Shown: piece by piece, positions 40,932 through 48,936 of the stretch | Position numbering within the stretch: position 1 is the first letter of the stretch | Layout: each line of letters opens with the position of its first letter | DNA from: an uncultured Ignavibacteriaceae bacterium | Lineage (GTDB): Bacteria > Bacteroidota > Ignavibacteria > Ch128b | Direction: 5' to 3' | DNA: 64,000 nt | Assembly: GCA_964527925.1 (NCBI GenBank) | Contig: CAZGQO010000001.1 | Location: 491,312-555,311, forward strand | The notes under the pieces: model-generated | Told to the model about the DNA's origin: nothing | What the model saw: only the letters and a program-made list of their open reading frames with translations | Database searches by the model: none | Made by a program: the position numbers and the translations under genes

Positions 40932-42065
40932 TCAGATTTCTGAAAGAATTATCTCGGCTGCTTTAATTGATGAACCACTTTTTCCTAACAAAGACTTTAT
41001 TCTGGATAACTCAGTTTTCAATTGATTTCTATAATTTTCATTTAGCAGAATTTTTTCTACTTCAGAAGCTATTTTTTCAGGAGTACAAATGTTTTGAATT
41101 AATTCAGTAACTACTTTTTTATCTGCCACAATATTTGCCAGAGAGATCTTATCAATTTGAATCAAACTTTTTCCAATCAAATAACTCAAAAAAGAAGTCC
41201 TGTAAACCACAACAAATGGTAATCCGAATAATGCCGCTTCAAGAGTAGATGTACCTGATTTTATAATGCCAGCATCTGCATATTTCATCAGTTCATAATT
41301 TTTATTGAAAACTAATTTTGCTTCATTTCCACAAAACTTCTCATAAACATTTTTGTTTATTGAATCAACACCAGCAACCAGAACTTCAAGATCAAATTTT
41401 TGTCTTAATAGTTTGATTGATTCAATTGTAATGGGAAGAATTTTATAAATTTCCTGTCTTCTGCTGCCTGGAAAAATTGTAATAATCTTTTTGTTTGGGT
41501 CAATCTTAAATTGTTCAAAAAAGTCATTTCTTGGCTCAAACTTGTATTGTTCAATCACATCAATTAATGGATGACCGACAAATGCAACATTAATTCCTGC
41601 TTCTCTATACATTTTTTCTTCAAATGGGAATACAACAATCATCTTGTGAATAAGTTCTTTAATTAATTTTAAACGATTTTTTCCCCATGCCCACAGCTGT
41701 GGAGAAATGTAGTAGAAAATTTTTTTATGTAGTTTCTTCAGATCTTTTGCCAGACTTAAATTAAATCCAGGATAGTCAATCAGAATAACAGCATCAACAT
41801 CAAACTCTTTAACTTTAGTCAGTAAATCTTTTTTAACTTTTGTAAGGAATGGAATATGTCTTATAACTTCAACGAATCCCATGAACGCCATTGAATCAAT
41901 ATGATATAACAATTCAACTCCAGCTGATTTCATATTATTCCCGCCAATTCCAAAAAAATGAATATCGGGATTAAGACTTTTGATAGACCTGACTAAATTT
42001 CCTCCGTGCAAATCACCTGAAGCTTCACCAGCAACAATTAGAATTTTCCTCATTTTAATGTTCAT
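40932..42065 (-). CDS. lpxB: Lipid-A-disaccharide synthase
   Basis: AGEASGDLHG, LIDYPGFNL, YYISPQLWAW, FVGHPL, PGSRRQE, SGTSTLE. Confidence 0.96.
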   Translation of the reverse strand: MNIKMRKILIVAGEASGDLHGGNLVRSIKSLNPDIHFFGIGGNNMKSAGVELLYHIDSMAFMGFVEVIRHIPFLTKVKKDLLTKVKEFDVDAVILIDYPGFNLSLAKDLKKLHKKIFYYISPQLWAWGKNRLKLIKELIHKMIVVFPFEEKMYREAGINVAFVGHPLIDVIEQYKFEPRNDFFEQFKIDPNKKIITIFPGSRRQEIYKILPITIESIKLLRQKFDLEVLVAGVDSINKNVYEKFCGNEAKLVFNKNYELMKYADAGIIKSGTSTLEAALFGLPFVVVYRTSFLSYLIGKSLIQIDKISLANIVADKKVVTELIQNICTPEKIASEVEKILLNENYRNQLKTELSRIKSLLGKSGSSIKAAEIILSEI

Positions 42066-42162
42066 TAAGAGTGGATATTGGTCAAAAACATTTTTCTAAA
42101 CTTTATAAATTTTTAATTAACTATTTAAAAACAAACAACCAAAAAATTCGTTCTTCTATCTC

Positions 42163-42747
42163 TTAAATTCTTCTAATAATCCAGATTAACAAAAGTATAA
42201 CTATTACACTCAGAGATGCCTGGATTGAACGAGTTTCAGATTTTAATCCCTTCTTCCATTCAAATTCTGGTTGTTCAATCGAAGAGTTTTTGTACTTTTT
42301 GAACTTCGGTAAGAAACGATTTACCTTATTGCAATAATCTTTGTATTGATCACTAAATTTTTCAGCGAGAAACTTTTCTTCTTCTTTCACTATGTGATAG
42401 TATTGAAACAAAAAATAAGCAAGTGCAAGTATCTGCAAATAAGGAAAAATTGCGTAAGAAATTATACCGTGTCCAAAATAAATTATCACATTACCGATGT
42501 AAAGTGGATTTCTAATATAAGCGTAAGGTCCACTCACAATCAGAAAAGTTCCGCCAACGCCTCCAGTAGTTCTTGTTTCTGAACCTGCCCATGAGTTCGC
42601 CCATATGCGAATGAACTCTCCAATTACCACAAATACAATACCCAACAAAATTGAGTAGATATTGGGATTGGAATATAAAATCATTATCAAAAGAAAAGGA
42701 AGCGGTGTGTAGCTTCTGTATTTAAAAAAGAATTTTCCAAGATTCAT
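42163..42747 (-). CDS. Isoprenylcysteine carboxylmethyltransferase (Ste14/ICMT) family; candidate lipid A phosphate methyltransferase
   Basis: LIVSGPYAYIRNPLYIGN and EEEKFLAEKFSDQYKDYCNKVNRFLP, with hydrophobic segments. Directly upstream of lpxB. Confidence 0.82.
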   Translation of the reverse strand: MNLGKFFFKYRSYTPLPFLLIMILYSNPNIYSILLGIVFVVIGEFIRIWANSWAGSETRTTGGVGGTFLIVSGPYAYIRNPLYIGNVIIYFGHGIISYAIFPYLQILALAYFLFQYYHIVKEEEKFLAEKFSDQYKDYCNKVNRFLPKFKKYKNSSIEQPEFEWKKGLKSETRSIQASLSVIVILLLIWIIRRI

Positions 42748-43470
42748 TTATGGCTCCAATAAATATAGTTCTCGTCTTTTTAAGATTGTAGTGTTGCGTT
42801 TTTTTACTCTTTTTTTGCTTAAAAGTTTTTCAAGTGCTTTAATTATTGAATGAAAATTATCGAATGGAAAATATGATATTCTGTTTTTCTCACAATGTTG
42901 AAGTAAATGCTTCTTTGCGAAAATGTAATCGACATATTCAATAGGGCAACGATCTGAGTGTCCATCGCCAATGTAAATTGTTATATCATCATCACTTGAG
43001 CTATTGATAATGAGGTTTCTTTTGCAATTGGCACATTTCAAACAAACGGAATCCTGATAAGGAAAAATCATCTCAGCAGTTCCATCATCTTTTATAATGA
43101 TTGAGTTCGAATAGAATCTTAAGTTCAAGTTATATTTTTCCAAGATTCTTTTGATATACAAGTCGAGTCCATCACTTAAAATTATGAGTTCAATATTTTT
43201 CTCTTCACAAAATTTGACAAAATCTATGAAAGTTTCATCAATTAACTGCATATCTATAAACTCATAAGCTTTTTGAAGAGTAAGGTCTTTGATTGTTTTG
43301 CATTCTGTACTCAAACATTCAATTGAGCTGATTAAACCTTCTCGCCATTGTTCGACAACTTTATCACAAATTGTTTTATCTCCAAATTCACGATAAAACA
43401 AGTTGCCTATATCCTCAACAGAGATTGTTCCATCGAAATCACAAAAAATTTTTATTTCCGGCTTTTTCAT
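42748..43470 (-). CDS. MtnX-like HAD-IB phosphatase
   Basis: IFCDFDGTIS, ILSDG, CANCK, IYIGDGHSD. Confidence 0.8.
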   Translation of the reverse strand: MKKPEIKIFCDFDGTISVEDIGNLFYREFGDKTICDKVVEQWREGLISSIECLSTECKTIKDLTLQKAYEFIDMQLIDETFIDFVKFCEEKNIELIILSDGLDLYIKRILEKYNLNLRFYSNSIIIKDDGTAEMIFPYQDSVCLKCANCKRNLIINSSSDDDITIYIGDGHSDRCPIEYVDYIFAKKHLLQHCEKNRISYFPFDNFHSIIKALEKLLSKKRVKKRNTTILKRRELYLLEP

Positions 43471-45359
43471 TTTGCATAAATCATTTTTTTGACATCATAA
43501 AAACCACCAGCAGAAAATTTATAAAAGTAAATTCCACCGGTCATTTGCAGTAATGGTTCAAATTCATACTCATGAGTTCCAGGTTCAAAAATTCCTTCCA
43601 GCAGAGTTGCTATTTCTTCGAGCCTTGAATTGTAGAGTTTTAAAATAACTTTTGTTTTAATCGGTATCTGAAAAGTAATGACGGTTTTAGATTCGAATGG
43701 ATTAGGAGAATTCTGAAAGAGATAGAATCCATCTTGAATCCCTGATGGATTAATTTCTTTTTCATCTGTTAAATATTCATTTCCTTCAGGATCAAAGTAC
43801 CGGATACGAAATTTTACATTTCCTGAACCAAGATATTTTTCATCGTAACTCATAGGATTAATTTTTAAGAAAGATTCAGAAGTGTAGCTAAAAACTGTTT
43901 TCCAATTTTGATCATCTTCTGTTCTTTCAAGGACTAATTTTGTAACTGATTTTTCATCGATTAATTTCCAGGTGATTCTAACCTGACCTTCATAATAAAA
44001 TACATCAAAATTTATAACTTCAGGGTTCGTCACCACAACAATTGGAATTCTCAAAAACGAAATCTCTCTTTGCCCTTTCCTATTAAATGCAATACACTCA
44101 ATTGGATTATCAAAAAATAAATCAAAAACAGTACTAAAATTATATTCCTCATCAAGCAATTTTAATCCATTCTCTTTTAAAATCTTTCCATCATACGAGA
44201 TAGTTTGAACAAACATTGAGCTATTATTTGAGCTGGAATGATCGCAACTCCAGTAAATTAAAAAGCCATTTCGTTCCGTTTTCATCTGTGGAAGTTGAAC
44301 AAATTTGCAATTCGAATGAATCTTAATCGGTTTCTTGAATTTTTGTTTCTGGTTCTGAGTCAGAATTTGAAAAAATAAATCTTGTCTTCCATTTTCATTT
44401 TTACTTAGATAGATGTAAGCCAAATTGTTTGAAATTTTCTGAACACTTAGTAAAACTTCATCCAAATCTTTTTTAGATATTTCTCTTCCATATTGTTCTA
44501 TTTTTTTTGCTCCCCTGAGACCAATTTTTTGGAAATAAATTTTGTTTTGTTGTTTTTGACTTACGTAAAATATCAGCAATTCATTTTTCTGATCAAGAAG
44601 AGGGAAATGATTCATACAAGTTGCATCTGGCCTGGAAATGAAAATCCCGTATTCAATAAAATTTTTCTTTCCTGAAATATCAATCCTTTGAACATATAAT
44701 TTATCCACACTTGGAGCTTTCTCTAACCAGCTTATGTAACAGCCTCCAAGATTATCTGGTATAACTTCAGGATTGAATTCTCTTTCATCAAGAATGGTGA
44801 CTGGAAATCCATTTATTTTCCAGAACGGCTTTCCGAATAAATCAATTTTTTGAACATAAATATCTCCATTCAAATCATTTCTGAAATCTTCCCATACTAA
44901 AAAAATATTATTCAATGTATCTGAATTTATTGATATGTTTTTCTGAAAATTTTTTTCGAGACAAATTGGAACAGCACTGCTATCCCAGAGAATTCCTTTA
45001 TCGTCAATCAATTGAGCATAAATATTTCCGGCTGGATCATCTCTAAAATCAATCCAGGCAAGAAAAATTAATCGATTAGAAATATGGATGTATCTTAAAT
45101 CTTCCTGAAAAGTCGAAACTTTCGGTGAAAGATAAAATTCATTAACAACACTTTTATCTTTTACAGAAAAAACTATGCATTTGATTCTTTTATCAAAAAA
45201 ATTTGAATCCTGATAGAAAATGAAAAAATTATTATCAAGTTTTATTGCGCCAAGGAAATTTGTTTTATCCCTCGATTGATGAATTAAAATTTCTTCCTGA
45301 GAAATAGCTGGTTTGATAAATAAAAGGATGAGAAAAATTATGTAGAACTTCTCAAGCAA
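43467..45359 (-). CDS. T9SS type A sorting domain-containing protein
   Basis: The ORF track starts at 45392. TTG at 45359 has AGGAGG upstream and yields a signal peptide. Repeated motif AWIDFRDD..GNIYAQ / VWEDFRND..GDIYVQ. C-terminal FQNSPNPF...GGIYFYKF...KKMIYAK. Confidence 0.8.
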   Translation of the reverse strand: MLEKFYIIFLILLFIKPAISQEEILIHQSRDKTNFLGAIKLDNNFFIFYQDSNFFDKRIKCIVFSVKDKSVVNEFYLSPKVSTFQEDLRYIHISNRLIFLAWIDFRDDPAGNIYAQLIDDKGILWDSSAVPICLEKNFQKNISINSDTLNNIFLVWEDFRNDLNGDIYVQKIDLFGKPFWKINGFPVTILDEREFNPEVIPDNLGGCYISWLEKAPSVDKLYVQRIDISGKKNFIEYGIFISRPDATCMNHFPLLDQKNELLIFYVSQKQQNKIYFQKIGLRGAKKIEQYGREISKKDLDEVLLSVQKISNNLAYIYLSKNENGRQDLFFQILTQNQKQKFKKPIKIHSNCKFVQLPQMKTERNGFLIYWSCDHSSSNNSSMFVQTISYDGKILKENGLKLLDEEYNFSTVFDLFFDNPIECIAFNRKGQREISFLRIPIVVVTNPEVINFDVFYYEGQVRITWKLIDEKSVTKLVLERTEDDQNWKTVFSYTSESFLKINPMSYDEKYLGSGNVKFRIRYFDPEGNEYLTDEKEINPSGIQDGFYLFQNSPNPFESKTVITFQIPIKTKVILKLYNSRLEEIATLLEGIFEPGTHEYEFEPLLQMTGGIYFYKFSAGGFYDVKKMIYAK

Positions 45360-48300
45360 CCGTCTCCTCCTCAGTAAAACGAACTGCCACAATCTTCGAA
45401 ACTCCTTCTTCTTCCATTGTTACACCGTAAAGCGTCTGAGCTGCTTCCATAGTCAACTTGTTATGTGTAACAATGATAAACTGAGTATTATCAGAAAATC
45501 GATTGATCAATCTTATGAATCTTTTAATGTTGGCATCATCGAGTGGAGCGTCTACTTCATCGAGGATACAGAAAGGACTTGGTTTGACAAGATAGATTGC
45601 GAAAAGAAGAGCTGTAGCAGTTAATGTTTTCTCTCCCTGAGAAAGTAAATCAATTGAAGTGGGTTTCTTTCCTTTCGGCTTTGCAATTATTTCAATTCTT
45701 GCTTCGAGGGGCTCTACACCTTCCTCAAGTCTCAGGTCGGCTTCATCGCCTGGATCGAACAAAGTCCTAAATGTTTCAATAAAGTTTAGTCTTATTTTTT
45801 CAAATGTATCCAGAAATTGTTTCTGAGCTGTTTCGTTAATTTCTTCAATGACTTTGATCAACTCTTTTTCTGATTCAATCAAATCGTTTCTTTGTTCTGT
45901 TAAAAATTCCAATCGTTTCTTTTCTTCTTCATATTCTTGAAATGCAAGAGAGTTTACAGGACCAAGTGAACGAATTTTGTTTTTGATACTAATCAATTTT
46001 TCTTCCGCTTCTGCTAAGTTAAGAGTATCAGCGTCATCAAAATCCTTGATTTCAATCCTGAGTTGATACTCTTCAAAAATTCTATCTATTAGATTTTGTT
46101 TTCTCAGTTTGCCTTCACTTATAGCCATATTATTGGAATGAATCGATTCATTTATTGCATCAAGTTCTGATCTTTTCGTATGCAATATTTTATCAGTGGC
46201 AGAGATTTTTTCACGGATTGAGTTTAAGTCACCAAGAATTATGGAGTGTTCTTCGCTCAAAATTTTCTTTTTGTCCTCAAGTGATTTTTCCTGTAATTCA
46301 AATTCACCAATAATCTTCTGCAGCTCTGAGTTCTCCTGTTTAATTGAATGAATTTCTTCGTTGTATCTCTGGATAGAATTACTTAATTCTTCAATCTCTC
46401 TTTTGTTTCTTTCAATTTGATTTAAATGATTTTGAATTTCACTTTCAAATTTTGTCAGTTCAATTTTAATTTCATTTATTCTCGAAGTGTTTGCATCAAA
46501 TTGATTTTCGATTTCTTTCAGCTGGTTAATCTCCTGATTTAACTCATTTCTTTTCCCATCAAGAGCAGATTGTTTTGAAGCTAATACCTGTTGAGCTGAT
46601 TCCAGATTAATTTGAAGTTCATCAATAATCTTCTTGATGTTGCTTGCTTCTAAATTCAGTTTTTCAATTTCTTCGATTGCTTTGTTACGCTCAAATTGAA
46701 TTTGCGAAAGTTGTTTCTCAATCGCTGATTCATCGTTTCGCAAAAGATTTAGATGTTCCTGATAAGCCTTAATGTTTATCGAATTTAATTCAGAATTATA
46801 ATCGGCGAGTTGATTGCTAATTTGCTCGAGTTTGTAAGATTCTTTGATGTAAATATCATTTAATTCAGAAAGAATTTTTTTCCTTCCGAAAGCTGTTTCT
46901 GTTGCACTTCTATCACTGCTGACTTCAACAAAACCACTTGATCTGTAAACATCACCATCGAGAGTTACAAAATCAAAGTAATTGTATTTTTCACATAATC
47001 TCTGGGCAGTTTCAATTGTATCAACCAGACAAACATTGCCTAAAACTTTTTTGAAAAAATCTTCCCAAGTTTTGGAATATTCAATTAAGTCAATCAACCA
47101 TCCAACAAATCCTTTTTCTTTCAAAATTTTTTTACGAAGTCTCTTACGCGAAAACGAATCAAGTTTTAACCAGAGACTTTCTCGTTCTTTCGATGGAAAA
47201 TAAAAACTTGCCTGCCCAAGCTGATTGGATTTCAGGTACTTTATTCCGCTGTCCAGATCATCTTTAATTTGAAGTAAAATAAAACTCAAATAATTTTTCA
47301 AAGCACTGTCTACAGCAATTCGATACTTTTCATCTGCTGAACCTGCATCGGCAACAAGAACTCTTTCACCTTTGTTCCATGTAGAATTTAAAATCAGTTC
47401 CTTGGTACCTTTCGATATGCCTTCAAGATTATCAATTAAGTTCTGGATGAAATCAATTTTGTTTTTAATTGCATTAATTGCAGCACGAGTTTCAAGTTCT
47501 TCCAATTTGAGTTTTGAAATTTTCTGCTCAAGATCAGCTTTGCGGTCTTGAGCTTTTAATAAATCAGCTTCTACTTCCTTATATCTACTTCGAGCTTTGT
47601 AATGTTGTTGAGTTAGATCGTCAAGATATTTTGTGAGTTTTTCGATAAGTATTTCTGCTTTGGTAATTTTTTCGTTAATTGATTTAATACTCTCGGTGTT
47701 GTTCTGAACACGAAGTTTTAATTTTTCGTAATAATTCAAATGTTCATTTAATTCTGAGGTAACAGTTTGAAGTTCAGTCTGTTTACTTTCTATAATTGAA
47801 TTTCTATCTGAAAGTAATTTTTCCAGTTCATTCTTTCTATTTTCTAATTCTACTAATTCTCTCTTTTTATCTTCAATCTGAGAGTTTAGCAAAACAATAT
47901 GCTTATTCGATTTTTCAATTGAATTATAAAGTTCCTCAATTTTCTTATGACTCTCGGCAATACTATTATTAATTCTTAGCAGATTAGCTTCGTTGTTCTT
48001 AAATCTTTCTTTGTTTCTGACTATATTTTCTTTGAGTCGGTAAATCTCTTCTGTTGCTGTAAGAATTTCACTCCTTTTTTCTTCAACAAGCTTTTCAATT
48101 GAATCTAATTGTTGATACAAAGTCTGCTGCTGTTTATCCAGTTCCTCAATTTCAAGTTGAAGATTTTTTTTCTCCGAATTTAGTTTGATAAGATTTTTTT
48201 CAGCCTCTTTGATTCTTTTCTCTAATCGAGAAATTTCTCTTTCAGCAATGTTGATTTCAAGTGTTTTTGCTTCTTGATAAAGGCGATTGAATTGTTCGGC

Positions 48301-48933
48301 TTTTCTTGATTGTCTTTCAAGGGAATTTACTTTTTTCTGAACCTCAGCATAAATATCATTTACTCTAACCAGATCTTGTTTCACCGCTTCGAGTTTTCTT
48401 AATGCAGCTTTTCTTCGATGTTTATATTTATTTACTCCCGCTGCTTCCTCAAATAATACTCGCCTATCATCAGCACGATTACTCAAAATATCTTCAATCA
48501 TCTTGAGCTCGATAACTGAATAGGCATTCGAGCTCATTCCAGTATCCATAAAAAGATTTTGAATATCTTTTAACCGACACAAATTTTTATTAATCAGATA
48601 TTCACTTTCACCAGAACGGAATAATCTTCGAGTGATTGTTACTTCAGAATATTCAATTGGAAGAATTCCTTTATTATTCTGAATGGTAAGTGAAACTTCT
48701 GCCATCCCCAATGGTTTTCGATTTACGGTTCCGTTAAAAATTACATTCTCCATCTTATCGCTTCGGAGTGTACTTGTTCTCTGTTCGCCCAGAACCCAGC
48801 GAATTGCATCTACTACATTTGTTTTTCCACAACCATTGGGACCAACAATTGCAGTCAACCCACTATTGAATTTGATTTCAACTTTATTGGCAAATGATTT
48901 AAATCCAAATATTTCCAGTTTCGATAAATACAT
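45352..48933 (-). CDS. smc: Chromosome segregation protein SMC
   Basis: GFKSF, GPNGCGKTNVVDA, long coiled coils around a hinge region, LSQGEK, PSPFCILDEVDAPLD, FIIVTHN. Confidence 0.95.
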   Translation of the reverse strand: MYLSKLEIFGFKSFANKVEIKFNSGLTAIVGPNGCGKTNVVDAIRWVLGEQRTSTLRSDKMENVIFNGTVNRKPLGMAEVSLTIQNNKGILPIEYSEVTITRRLFRSGESEYLINKNLCRLKDIQNLFMDTGMSSNAYSVIELKMIEDILSNRADDRRVLFEEAAGVNKYKHRRKAALRKLEAVKQDLVRVNDIYAEVQKKVNSLERQSRKAEQFNRLYQEAKTLEINIAEREISRLEKRIKEAEKNLIKLNSEKKNLQLEIEELDKQQQTLYQQLDSIEKLVEEKRSEILTATEEIYRLKENIVRNKERFKNNEANLLRINNSIAESHKKIEELYNSIEKSNKHIVLLNSQIEDKKRELVELENRKNELEKLLSDRNSIIESKQTELQTVTSELNEHLNYYEKLKLRVQNNTESIKSINEKITKAEILIEKLTKYLDDLTQQHYKARSRYKEVEADLLKAQDRKADLEQKISKLKLEELETRAAINAIKNKIDFIQNLIDNLEGISKGTKELILNSTWNKGERVLVADAGSADEKYRIAVDSALKNYLSFILLQIKDDLDSGIKYLKSNQLGQASFYFPSKERESLWLKLDSFSRKRLRKKILKEKGFVGWLIDLIEYSKTWEDFFKKVLGNVCLVDTIETAQRLCEKYNYFDFVTLDGDVYRSSGFVEVSSDRSATETAFGRKKILSELNDIYIKESYKLEQISNQLADYNSELNSINIKAYQEHLNLLRNDESAIEKQLSQIQFERNKAIEEIEKLNLEASNIKKIIDELQINLESAQQVLASKQSALDGKRNELNQEINQLKEIENQFDANTSRINEIKIELTKFESEIQNHLNQIERNKREIEELSNSIQRYNEEIHSIKQENSELQKIIGEFELQEKSLEDKKKILSEEHSIILGDLNSIREKISATDKILHTKRSELDAINESIHSNNMAISEGKLRKQNLIDRIFEEYQLRIEIKDFDDADTLNLAEAEEKLISIKNKIRSLGPVNSLAFQEYEEEKKRLEFLTEQRNDLIESEKELIKVIEEINETAQKQFLDTFEKIRLNFIETFRTLFDPGDEADLRLEEGVEPLEARIEIIAKPKGKKPTSIDLLSQGEKTLTATALLFAIYLVKPSPFCILDEVDAPLDDANIKRFIRLINRFSDNTQFIIVTHNKLTMEAAQTLYGVTMEEEGVSKIVAVRFTEEETVA

Positions 48934-48936
48934 ATC

